Shown: positions 1-9,175 of the stretch, one piece after another
Numbering within the stretch: the first letter of the stretch is position 1
How the letters are laid out: each line of letters begins with the position of its first letter
NCBI GenBank assembly: GCA_963663965.2
Contig: CAXXFK010000006.1
Location: 160,001-224,000 of the forward strand
Length of the DNA stretch: 64,000 nucleotides
Source of the DNA: Sedimentisphaerales bacterium
Lineage (GTDB): Bacteria > Planctomycetota > Phycisphaerae > Sedimentisphaerales > SM23-30
Direction of reading: 5' to 3'
The notes under the pieces: model-generated
Database searches by the model: none
What the model saw: the letters and a program-made list of their open reading frames with translations, nothing else
Told to the model about the DNA's origin: nothing
Made by a program: the position numbers and the translations under genes

Positions 1-1371
1 TCGAATACCGGTGATCATTGCCGGCGCCGAATAATGAGCCAGGAGGAGGCTTTTGACATTGCGCGGGCTGCCCATGCCGTCATTCATCAGGTCCCAGTTG
101 AGACCATCCATTCGACCATCGGGATGGCAACTGGCGCAACTGAGCCATTTCTGATAGCAGGTGTTGCCGTCATTGAAATATTGTTCACCCAGTCGGGCCA
201 GGCTTGGTTGCTGAGGCTGGCCAAGCAGGAGTTTTTCCGATCTGGGATAGGCTTCAGTCAAATCAAAAGTATCCAGCGATTCAGAAAAATAATTGCCGAC
301 CCAGACACTGTTACCGGCCAGGGCCAGGCTGCGGGGGCCGTTGCCCGTAAGCTGTACTCTTTTACGCAGACCGGCAAGAAAACCAAGGTCGCCGGGAACA
401 TCATCGGCAGAGCTGGAAAAACCGCACGGAACCGCAGCGCCCGCGGCAACGCTGTCCAGCCGCTGATGCAAAGCGGGCCGGTCGATAACGCTGACTTCCA
501 TTGAGCCGCTATGGGTGACACAGAGATAGTTGCCTTCACTGCTGCAGGCAATGGCCCATGGATTGGCCGCGCCGGCATAAACATCATCAAGCAGAACCGT
601 ATTGACTTTTGTGCCATTGGCTATCTTGATAATACTGACAGCGTTATTCCACATCCAGCCACGTTCCAGTTGATTCGTAGGCATCTTGTAACGGCCGATC
701 AAATGAGTGATATAAGCATATATTCCATCTGGAGACACGCAAACGCCTCGACCGCCCGAGGCGCCGTCATAAAGCGGGATGGTATTTATTATAGATCGGG
801 TCGCGGTATTGATAATGGAAACCGTTATACTGGAATAATTATCGTCGGACGGTCCTTCGGGCAGATGGTGCACTACCACCAGCCGGGTTTCATCCGGAGT
901 TAGAGCCAGCGCGATAGGCTCACGGCCAACAGCAATTCTCGCTATTTCCTGGTTAAGGGATAGGTCAATGCAGGAGATACTATTGTCAAAACGGTTGCAG
1001 ACAAAAAGATTCTGGTTATTCAGGACCGGCGACATGGGCGTGTGACCCACCGGGATAATATGGGTGATGCCCTGGCTTGGATCCAGAACGAAGACTGCGC
1101 CGGAACTAACTCCTGCGGTTATATAAACCAGCCCGCTTTCCGACTGGGCGGTGATCCCCAATGGAGACGCCGGCAAGGGAAAGACGCAGGTAATCTGGCG
1201 CGTGTCAGTGGCGTATTCCAATATCTGGCGGCCGGTTTTATCTGCAATATAAAGCGTGTTGGCATCCAAGGTCATGCCTGCAGGGGAAATATAATCATCG
1301 GCCTGAGTTGTGAGTGTCAAGATCATTATATAGATCAGGCTGAGCAATAATGTCCATTGGGTCGGTTTCAT
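1..1371 (-). CDS. Secreted YVTN/YncE-type beta-propeller fused to a c-type cytochrome (cytochrome c peroxidase-like) domain; 3' end runs off the window
   Basis: Not in the ORF track; translated by hand. The frame is open from ATG 1371 (RBS AGGAG) to base 1. Signal peptide MKPTQWTLLLSLIYIMILTLTTQA; propeller blades (IPVGHTPMSP, IAVGREPIALALTPD, GRGVCVSPDG, GAANPWAIA, GNGPRSLAL); then GEQYFNDGNTCYQKWLSCASCHPDGRMDGLNWDLMNDG with a CxxCH motif. Confidence 0.88.
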   Translation of the reverse strand, partial: MKPTQWTLLLSLIYIMILTLTTQADDYISPAGMTLDANTLYIADKTGRQILEYATDTRQITCVFPLPASPLGITAQSESGLVYITAGVSSGAVFVLDPSQGITHIIPVGHTPMSPVLNNQNLFVCNRFDNSISCIDLSLNQEIARIAVGREPIALALTPDETRLVVVHHLPEGPSDDNYSSITVSIINTATRSIINTIPLYDGASGGRGVCVSPDGIYAYITHLIGRYKMPTNQLERGWMWNNAVSIIKIANGTKVNTVLLDDVYAGAANPWAIACSSEGNYLCVTHSGSMEVSVIDRPALHQRLDSVAAGAAVPCGFSSSADDVPGDLGFLAGLRKRVQLTGNGPRSLALAGNSVWVGNYFSESLDTFDLTEAYPRSEKLLLGQPQQPSLARLGEQYFNDGNTCYQKWLSCASCHPDGRMDGLNWDLMNDGMGSPRNVKSLLLAHYSAPAMITGIR

Positions 1372-1425
1372 GGTATTCTCCTTGATATATCACACAATGA
1401 TAATATTTTCAGTTGTTATCCGGTT

Positions 1426-4400
1426 TTATCTATGCCATTCAGGGGCGTACATACTGGTAGCCTCTTCAAAAGTCGGTCTGCGACGAAAATGGGGATCAGA
1501 GGACCAGTAGGAACTGTGTTTGCCGTAATAAGTGGAATAGAACTGATAATTGGTATCCATCCAGCGGCACAGTCTCATCAGTTCGATATCGGTCAGGAGT
1601 TTGTAATGTTGACTGGCGATGTCGGTGGTCAGCATTTTTGGCAGCAGTTTGTTCTTGGAACTGTAACAGCCCAGCGATCTGGGGGGTAGATAGTCTCCAT
1701 TGTCATTGCCGCCGCCCACACCGGGTGTTATGGAGCTGAATTCAGGAATGGCCCGGCCGGCGATTTCCTTTGAAAGCAGCTGCTGATAGGAAATGCTGTA
1801 ATTGTTTGTCAAAGTACCACTGAGGTCCAGGCTGCCGGAAGGAGTGGCACCGCTGTGACAAGTAATACAATTTTTGTCAAAGATGGGCTGAATATCGGTT
1901 GGATAGTGAATAACCTGTTCCGGCCGGCCGTCACCGCCGTTTTCCGCCAGGTCACAGGGTTGGGGCTGGGATTGACTGGGAGAGCGCAGTACTGCCAGGG
2001 GCGCTTCTGTGGGTATGGTTGAAGCGGCTCGTCCCGTTTGTTCATGGCAACCGGTACAAGAACGGATTTCGCCGGGTTTGTAATTTACATAAGTGCGTTC
2101 CCGCTGAATTTCGCGGAAATCTTCATCCAGCGCCTGGAAGAAAATATTCCGGTCGGCAGGGACCATGAAATTGGCTGAACCGTCTGGTTCAACCGGTACC
2201 ACTCCCCATTGCACCCTGGTCCAGAGCGCGGAATACCAGCTATTGCTGGTAAAGTCGTTGGACCAGCGTCGTCCGGTATCCCAGTAACGCGGTATGGCTT
2301 CATTAATTCGCAACCATTTTATCTCGCCGGGCTCCACACCATCCATGCCTTCGTAGACATTGACCATGATACACTGTGCCTGATTCTGTGCCGCGTAAGT
2401 CGGATGTCGGAAGCCATATATAACTGGCGGTTCTGGACGGGGTACCACCGGAGTGGGCTGCCAGCATGAAGTTGTTCCATCGGGATCACGGTAAACATAT
2501 CGGTGTTTGCCGTCCAAGTCGATCAGGAAAATGGAATATGCGCCGGGGATATCGCGATAATGGTTGTTCCAGTTTTGTTTATAGGTGACCAGGATCTGGG
2601 TGGGATTGATTGGATAGGGATAGGAATAGAGAGGGCCGCCTACACCGTCCAAGTGCAGGGTGGAAAAATTATCAAACGAAAAATACCATCCTTCCTGCGC
2701 AGATCCCATCCGGACATCGGGCGTGATGTTGGTCAGACCTGCGGATGACCGATTGTCTTTGTTCAGATCGAATATCTGAATGGGACCCAGCACGTTGCCT
2801 TGGGGATAGTGCTGGGCGCTGACGAAAACAATCCGGCCGTCATTGCCGGGCATTTCCTGCGGGAACATATGTGAGCCGGTATTGTAATAGGAATTGGAAA
2901 TGCCAAAGAGTTCCTGGCTCTTGCTGCCGTCCGGATTCATGGTCCAGATGGTTTTGGGAGTACGATGGCCCTTGTCAATGTATTCCCAGCGGTGGTACAT
3001 CACCCGGCCGTCGGCAAGGACTGTCGGACAGAATTCGCTGACCAGGCTTCTGGACAGCTGTTCCAGTCCGGATCCATCGGGATTCATGCGGTGCAGCACC
3101 GGGGCCACCAGATGGGCCGATCCGCCGCAGAGTATGGTATGTTCGCAACGGCTGGAGGAGAAAATGATGCTGCCGTCGGGCAGATAAGCTGGTTCAACAT
3201 CGTCGGTATGAAAGTTCGAGGCATGGTTCCAGCGGTAGATTTTTTCCGCTTCGTCGACCGGGGGTTGAAGCACCTGCCGCAGGCCGCTGCCGTCCAGATT
3301 GCATTCCCAGATACGAAAGCCGGCGCCGGTATTATCCCGGTAGTCAAAGACGGCTTTTGTCGCGTCAAACGACAGCGTGAATTTATTGATGATTCCTTTG
3401 CCGCTGCCGGGAATATCTGCCGCGGTAATGACCGGCCGTTCCTGTCCGGTGCGGACATTATACAGGTAGAGACCGTTTTCACTGGAAAACACCGATGAAG
3501 GAGTGCCGTTATTGATGTAGGTATAGTAATGGTCAGAACGCAACGGCACATGTTTGTTGAAAATGATTTCGTCGAAGCCCAGTTCATCCGCTGTAACCGG
3601 ATTGGGTTCGGTTTCAAAACTCCACTGTCTGCCGCGGATTTCCTGGCCGTTCATGGTGACATCGACACGCCAGAAATAGCGGGTGTTTTTGGCCAGCGGG
3701 GACGGCGTGGGCAGGCATTCAGCGGTTTCGATGGTTCCCCCAAACCATTTAAAGTTGAGGTATGCCTCGGTTTCCCGCCGTTCCTGATCGGTCAGCGCCC
3801 GGTCATAAATGATAATCTCGGCGATCTGCTGGCCGCCGGAGCGGTAACGGTTACGGTCGCTGCATAGATTACTGGCTTCCACATTACCGGTGGTCACCAG
3901 ACTGATGACCGAATAATTTTCGGGAAGCGGCGTGCCTGAGCCGTTAACAGGGCTGCCGTTGAGCCAGGTTGAACCGTTTTTGATATTGACATGTGTGTAA
4001 GTGGCGTGCCAGATATTGGAAGTTGCCTCGGTTTCCGGTGTGGCCCGGTGAAAATGATAGGTATTGTCATCGCCCAGCAGGAAATTGCCGCCTTTCAATA
4101 CCCAGAACACCGTTCGAATGGCGCTGATGTTCAGATTGGCGCCGTCGGCGTTCATAAACTGCATGGACATGCCGGTATAGTCGCTGAGAGCCGGCCCGAA
4201 ATTGACGATAGACTTGCCATTGATGGTGGCGCCTGGATTGTAGGCCGGTTGTTTGGCGGCATCGGTCTGAACGGCATAGTTGCCGTCACCGGTGACATTA
4301 TCCCAGCGGCTGACTTTCTGGTTGGCGTCTATGGTCAGGGTATCCATATTAGAGGCATCCAGCCAGAATACCGGATTGGCTGCCGGAGAGGCGGTCCCGT

Positions 4401-5169
4401 CGCCGGTGTCCGATACCGCAAATTCGTGGATCAGCTCGAGGTTGTTCGATTCGGTTCCGAAATAAACTTTCTGATGGGTGGTCAGGCTGTGATAATCCCA
4501 TTTCAAGCTGGTTGCGGACGATACCATCGCTGCATTGTCGACCGGTTGAGGATCGAAGGCCGGGACCAGTTCATATTCGTCATAGGTAAGATACTGGCCG
4601 TGAATGACGGCCGGAGTGGTCGAGGTGTCGCCGGGAATATCCCAGGCGACAGCCATGTTGTCGCCTCCGGTGTTTTCCTTGTGCAGAACCTGCAGATAAT
4701 ATTTCTGGCCGGCAACCAAATCAATCGTTGCCGATTTTTGCGAGCTGTATTTATCCCATACATATTGACCTGTCCACCCATAAACAGAAGCGATCTTGAC
4801 CATATTGACTTGTGACTGGTCTGTGCTGAGCCACAGTTCGCCATAATCATCACAGGCCAGCCAAAAGGTATATTGGCCTGTCACAGGAGCAATCAGATAG
4901 CCATACACTATTTCGCCATAGGTTTCGGCCCAGTTCATGGTAACGGTAGAATCGCTCCAGGATACCGCTTCCAGTCGGCTGAGCGTGTCGCGCCCATCTG
5001 GATTCATTGGGAAGTTCGCATTGGAAGTCAGGCTGGTTATATTGACACCGGATATGCCGGTCCACCATGCCCGGCGAATACCGGCGGGATCAGCCTGCAG
5101 GGTGTCATTGATTAGAAAAACTGCCATGCCCAGCGTAAGTAAAACCAGTCTTCTCCTGAGAGTGTTCAT
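1426..5169 (-). CDS. HzsA-like secreted protein: PA14 + LamG-like + Fn3-like + beta-propeller + hydrazine synthase alpha middle-domain-like region, two CxxCH motifs
   Basis: ORF track gives 1426..5184; the RBS GGAG favours ATG 5169. PA14 signature (GYLIAPVTGQYTFWLACDDYGELWLS); propeller motifs (DVEPAYLPDGSIIFSSSR, DGRVMYHRWEYIDK); GVVPVEPDGSANFMVPADRNIFFQALD; heme motifs CTGCH and CITCH. Confidence 0.85.
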   Translation of the reverse strand: MNTLRRRLVLLTLGMAVFLINDTLQADPAGIRRAWWTGISGVNITSLTSNANFPMNPDGRDTLSRLEAVSWSDSTVTMNWAETYGEIVYGYLIAPVTGQYTFWLACDDYGELWLSTDQSQVNMVKIASVYGWTGQYVWDKYSSQKSATIDLVAGQKYYLQVLHKENTGGDNMAVAWDIPGDTSTTPAVIHGQYLTYDEYELVPAFDPQPVDNAAMVSSATSLKWDYHSLTTHQKVYFGTESNNLELIHEFAVSDTGDGTASPAANPVFWLDASNMDTLTIDANQKVSRWDNVTGDGNYAVQTDAAKQPAYNPGATINGKSIVNFGPALSDYTGMSMQFMNADGANLNISAIRTVFWVLKGGNFLLGDDNTYHFHRATPETEATSNIWHATYTHVNIKNGSTWLNGSPVNGSGTPLPENYSVISLVTTGNVEASNLCSDRNRYRSGGQQIAEIIIYDRALTDQERRETEAYLNFKWFGGTIETAECLPTPSPLAKNTRYFWRVDVTMNGQEIRGRQWSFETEPNPVTADELGFDEIIFNKHVPLRSDHYYTYINNGTPSSVFSSENGLYLYNVRTGQERPVITAADIPGSGKGIINKFTLSFDATKAVFDYRDNTGAGFRIWECNLDGSGLRQVLQPPVDEAEKIYRWNHASNFHTDDVEPAYLPDGSIIFSSSRCEHTILCGGSAHLVAPVLHRMNPDGSGLEQLSRSLVSEFCPTVLADGRVMYHRWEYIDKGHRTPKTIWTMNPDGSKSQELFGISNSYYNTGSHMFPQEMPGNDGRIVFVSAQHYPQGNVLGPIQIFDLNKDNRSSAGLTNITPDVRMGSAQEGWYFSFDNFSTLHLDGVGGPLYSYPYPINPTQILVTYKQNWNNHYRDIPGAYSIFLIDLDGKHRYVYRDPDGTTSCWQPTPVVPRPEPPVIYGFRHPTYAAQNQAQCIMVNVYEGMDGVEPGEIKWLRINEAIPRYWDTGRRWSNDFTSNSWYSALWTRVQWGVVPVEPDGSANFMVPADRNIFFQALDEDFREIQRERTYVNYKPGEIRSCTGCHEQTGRAASTIPTEAPLAVLRSPSQSQPQPCDLAENGGDGRPEQVIHYPTDIQPIFDKNCITCHSGATPSGSLDLSGTLTNNYSISYQQLLSKEIAGRAIPEFSSITPGVGGGNDNGDYLPPRSLGCYSSKNKLLPKMLTTDIASQHYKLLTDIELMRLCRWMDTNYQFYSTYYGKHSSYWSSDPHFRRRPTFEEATSMYAPEWHR

Positions 5170-5219
5170 CGCATTCTCCTGCAAACTTATAGAGAGGTAA
5201 AATTGGAGTTCTTTATCGA

Positions 5220-8200
5220 TTACTTATGCCATTCCGGAGCAAACATACTGATCGCTTCTCCAAAAGTCGGCCGCCGTCTGAAATTGGGGTCTGAAGCCCA
5301 GGAATAATGATGTTTGGAGTAATAAGTGCCGTAGAACTGGTAGTTGGTATCCATCCACCGGCATAATCTCATCAATTCCATATCGGTCAGAAGATTGTGA
5401 TGCGGGTTGTCCGGATCATCGGTCAGCATTATGGGCAGCAGCTTATTCTGAGGGCCGTAGCAGCCCAGGCTCTTCGGCGGCAGATAAGCTCCGTTTTCGT
5501 TGCCCCGGTCTCCGCCTTGAATCTGGATGAATTCAGCTATGACTTTGCCGGCGAGCGATTTGGAGGTTAGTTGTTGATAGGAATTATTATAGTATAAAGT
5601 CAGTGTGTCAGAAAGATCTAGGCTGCCGGAAGGGGAGTCGCCGCCGTGACAGGAAACGCATTTGTTATTGAAAATCGGCTGAATGTCGGTTGGGTAATGG
5701 ATCACCTGTTCCGGTCGGCCGTCACCGCCGTTTTCTGTCAGGTCGCATGGCTGGGGTTGGAGCTTGCTTGGAGCCCGGGTCATCGCTATCGGAGTTTCTG
5801 TTCCGATGGAAGAAGGTGTTCGTCCCGATCGTTCATGGCAGCCGACACAGGAGCGGATTTCGCCCGCCCGGTAGTTGACAAAGGTTCTTTCGCGTTGGAT
5901 TTCGCGGAAATCTTTATCGAGCGCCTGGAAGAAAATGTTCCGATTGGCCGGAACCATGAAATTGGCCGAACCGTCGGTTTCGACGGGTACAACGCCCCAT
6001 TGCACGCGCGGCCACAGAGCCGATACCCATCCTGAACTGGATACGGACGGAGACCAGCGGCGTCCCGTATCCCAGTAACGCGGAATGGCTTCATTGATTC
6101 GCAGCCATTTCACTTCGCCGGATTGAATGTTATCCAGGCCTTCATAGACATTGATCACGATACATTGGGCCTGATTCTGGGCCTGGTATACCGGATGGCG
6201 GAAACTGAAGATGGCCGGCGGAGTCTTACGGGGACGCAGCGGGGTTGGATGCCAGCAGGACACCGTGCCGTCGGGATCCTGATAGACATAGCGGTGGTTG
6301 CCCTGCAGGTCGATCAGGTAGATCGCGTAGGCGCCCGGCACATTGCGATAGTGGGCGTTCCAGTCATGTTTGTAGGAAACCAGGATTTGTTCTGGATTAA
6401 CCGGATAGGGATGGTTGTAAAGCGGGCCGCCAACGCCGTCCTGATGCTGAGCGGAAAAATTGTCATAAGAGAAGAACCAGCCCGCTTCAGTGTTCTTCAT
6501 GGAGACATTCGGTGTAATATTGGTCAGCGGCGCCGAGGTGCGGGTATCTTTGTTTAAATCGGCGATCTGGATAGGGCCGACACAGTTGCCCTGCGGGAAG
6601 TGGGGGCCTGTGACAAAAACAATCCGGTTGTCGTTGCCGGGCATTTGCTGGGCGAACATGTGGGCGCCGGTATTCAGGTTCGAATCGGAGAGCCCAAAGA
6701 GCTCCTGGCTTTTGGAGCCGTCCGGATTCATTGACCAGATGGTCTTGCCAACCCGGGCGCCTTTGTCGATATATTCCCAGCGGTGGTACATCACGCGGCC
6801 GTCGTCCATAACTACCGGCGAAAATTCGCAGACCAGGCTCTTGGAAAGCTGTTCCAGATTCTGGCCCTGGGGGTCCATTCGGTAGAGGGCCGGAGAGGAA
6901 AGATGGGCCGAGCCGCCGCATAGAACCGTGTGTTCGCACCGGTTCGAAGAGAAAATGATATCGCCGTCAGGCAGATACGCCGGATCGATGTCATCGATAT
7001 GATAATTGGAGGAGCGATTCCAGCGGTAGATTTTTTCCGCTTCATCTTCAGGTTGCGCCAGGATCTGCCGCAGACCGGTTCCGTCCACATTGCACTCCCA
7101 GATCTTGAAGCCGTCTCCGGCGTGGTCACGGTAATCGAAGATGACTTTTGTGGCGTCGAAAGACAGAGTGAATTTCCCGGGAACACCTTTACCGCTGCCG
7201 GGAATCTGGGCGGCGGTTATGACGGGCCGTTCCTGTCGGGTCCTCAGATTGAAAATGTAGATTCCGTTTTCGGGCTGGAACAGCGAGCTGTTAGTACCGT
7301 TATCAATCACAGTATAGTAATGGTCCGAGGAATAAGGACGCCGTTTGATGAAAATGATTTCATCAAATCCCAGCTCTTCCGCGCTGACAGGCGCCAGTTC
7401 GGTCTGGAAAGACCATTCTTTTCCGATAGCGGTCTGATCGCCTCGCGATAGATCCACACGCCAGTAATAGCGGGTATCAAAGGCCAGTGGTGTCGGGTTG
7501 GGCATTATCTCCGCGGTTTGATAGGCGCCGCCAAACCATTTAAAGCTTAGGTAGGATTCGGTATCCAGCCGTTCCTGTTCGGTCAGGACCCGGTCATAGA
7601 TAATCACTTCGGCCACCTGCTGGCCGCCGGAACGGTATTGGTTACGGTCATTACATAGATTGCTGGCCTCTACATTGCCAGTCGTCACCACGCTGATAAC
7701 CGAATAAGTGTCCGGCAGCGCCGTTGACACGCCGTTGACGACTTGGCCGTTGAGGCATGTAACACCGTTTCTGATAGAGGCGTTTGCATAAGCGCCGCTC
7801 CAGATCGGCGCCGTCGAGCTTACATAAGGATCGCCCCGGTGAAAATGATAGCTGTTGTCATCTCCCAGCAGGAAATTACCCCCCTTAAGCACCCAGAATA
7901 CGGTTCGGATAGTATTGATATTCAGGTTGGTCCCGGCGGCGTTTTTAAACTGTAACCACGGACCGGTATTGTTGGCCAGAGCCGGGCCAAAATCGACAAT
8001 GGCATTGCCGTTAAGACTATCGGCTGCATAAAGGGGCTGCTTGTCGGATATGGTTTGTTCGGCATAGTTGCCGCTGTCTGTGGCGTCATACCAGCGGCTG
8101 ACCTTCTGTTCAGCGTCTTTCACAATCGTGTCTGACTTTGCCGCGTCCAGCCAGAACACTGCATGGGCAGCAGGAGTTCCGCCGCCAGTTCCGCCGCCGT

Positions 8201-9014
8201 TTAAAGGTCTTTCATCAATCAAAGTCAGATTGTCCGATTCCGTCCCAAAATAGACACGCTGATAGCTGGATGAACTGTGCCATGTCCATTTCAGACTGGT
8301 GTTAATTGAAGTCATGACGGCTTGGTTTTCCGGTTCAGGATTAAGCGCCGGGATTGGAGCCGAGCTGGCGCCCAGTTGATGAATGACCAGTCCGGTAACC
8401 TGGGGAGCCTTGCCGTTTGGATCCGATGAAATTGTGCAGGTTATCCCGGTAGCACCGCTAATCGTCGCGGTCAGCAGGGCAAAGGTCATATTTCCTCCGC
8501 CGAAATTATAGTCGATTCCGACCTGAGCGCCGGTGTTGTCAGCCAGTGTAATCAGACCCTCGTCAAATAATATATTCGAGCGCGGTTCATAGTTCATGAA
8601 TTGTAATCGGTAACTCTGGCTGCCGTCGAGGCCCGTAATGGTGACTTTAAGATTCTGGTCGCTGTTAGAAACATAGGCTTCTGTCGGCCAGACCGCCGGG
8701 CCCGAAGTGTTCAAATTATAATATCGAAAGCTGGCACCGCTGCCGGATTCCAGTTTAATGGCCAGGTTATCACCCTGAAAGACCGAACCACTGGTTAGCG
8801 GTTTCCAAGCTGTGAACGGTATGCCATCAAGGGTCGAATTAGCGCTGCCGCCCATATCAACCGCCTCCAGAAGCAGGCCGGTGTTGTCAAGTACCGGTTG
8901 TGAGTTGGATCCGTTGATCAGCGGAGGGGCATCAATTACGCCATGAACAGAAGTTAATAACACAGTCAGGATAAAACAAATGGCGATAATAGTACGATTT
9001 ATGATATTAGTCAT
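5220..9014 (-). CDS. Second HzsA-like secreted protein: unknown N-terminal domain + LamG-like + Fn3-like + beta-propeller + HZS-alpha-like region, two CxxCH motifs
   Basis: 1264 aa with a signal peptide. Co-linear paralogue of 1426..5169 over its C-terminal ~1000 aa. Heme motifs CVGCH and CVSCH. Confidence 0.85.
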   Translation of the reverse strand: MTNIINRTIIAICFILTVLLTSVHGVIDAPPLINGSNSQPVLDNTGLLLEAVDMGGSANSTLDGIPFTAWKPLTSGSVFQGDNLAIKLESGSGASFRYYNLNTSGPAVWPTEAYVSNSDQNLKVTITGLDGSQSYRLQFMNYEPRSNILFDEGLITLADNTGAQVGIDYNFGGGNMTFALLTATISGATGITCTISSDPNGKAPQVTGLVIHQLGASSAPIPALNPEPENQAVMTSINTSLKWTWHSSSSYQRVYFGTESDNLTLIDERPLNGGGTGGGTPAAHAVFWLDAAKSDTIVKDAEQKVSRWYDATDSGNYAEQTISDKQPLYAADSLNGNAIVDFGPALANNTGPWLQFKNAAGTNLNINTIRTVFWVLKGGNFLLGDDNSYHFHRGDPYVSSTAPIWSGAYANASIRNGVTCLNGQVVNGVSTALPDTYSVISVVTTGNVEASNLCNDRNQYRSGGQQVAEVIIYDRVLTEQERLDTESYLSFKWFGGAYQTAEIMPNPTPLAFDTRYYWRVDLSRGDQTAIGKEWSFQTELAPVSAEELGFDEIIFIKRRPYSSDHYYTVIDNGTNSSLFQPENGIYIFNLRTRQERPVITAAQIPGSGKGVPGKFTLSFDATKVIFDYRDHAGDGFKIWECNVDGTGLRQILAQPEDEAEKIYRWNRSSNYHIDDIDPAYLPDGDIIFSSNRCEHTVLCGGSAHLSSPALYRMDPQGQNLEQLSKSLVCEFSPVVMDDGRVMYHRWEYIDKGARVGKTIWSMNPDGSKSQELFGLSDSNLNTGAHMFAQQMPGNDNRIVFVTGPHFPQGNCVGPIQIADLNKDTRTSAPLTNITPNVSMKNTEAGWFFSYDNFSAQHQDGVGGPLYNHPYPVNPEQILVSYKHDWNAHYRNVPGAYAIYLIDLQGNHRYVYQDPDGTVSCWHPTPLRPRKTPPAIFSFRHPVYQAQNQAQCIVINVYEGLDNIQSGEVKWLRINEAIPRYWDTGRRWSPSVSSSGWVSALWPRVQWGVVPVETDGSANFMVPANRNIFFQALDKDFREIQRERTFVNYRAGEIRSCVGCHERSGRTPSSIGTETPIAMTRAPSKLQPQPCDLTENGGDGRPEQVIHYPTDIQPIFNNKCVSCHGGDSPSGSLDLSDTLTLYYNNSYQQLTSKSLAGKVIAEFIQIQGGDRGNENGAYLPPKSLGCYGPQNKLLPIMLTDDPDNPHHNLLTDMELMRLCRWMDTNYQFYGTYYSKHHYSWASDPNFRRRPTFGEAISMFAPEWHK

Positions 9015-9116
9015 TATGGTATTATATCAAAATGGGGGGTGTTGATTCAATAGGATTAAAAAGCCAATCGAATAATCAAGGAATAAAACGAGAACGCAAG
9101 ATGGTGTAGCAAGGTA

Positions 9117-9146
9117 AAGCCGGCGGTATGCAGTTACCGCCGGCTT
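9117..9146 (-). terminator. Stem-loop between the 9176 and 5220 genes (possible terminator or mRNA stabiliser)
   Basis: AAGCCGGCGGTA-tgcagt-TACCGCCGGCTT forms a perfect 12-bp stem; the U-tract on the minus strand is weak. Confidence 0.55.
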
Positions 9147-9175
9147 GGTATTGAAGTAGATTTAACATGTGGTCA

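Noticed and set aside
34..1350. Plus-strand ORFs 34..504, 511..903 and 1042..1350
   Set aside because: They are shadows of the real minus-strand gene 1..1371.
1..9014. Bona fide anammox hzsABC
   Set aside because: The proteins carry PA14/LamG modules and sit among glycan genes. There are no multiheme hao/hdh-type genes in the window. Only architectural similarity is supported.
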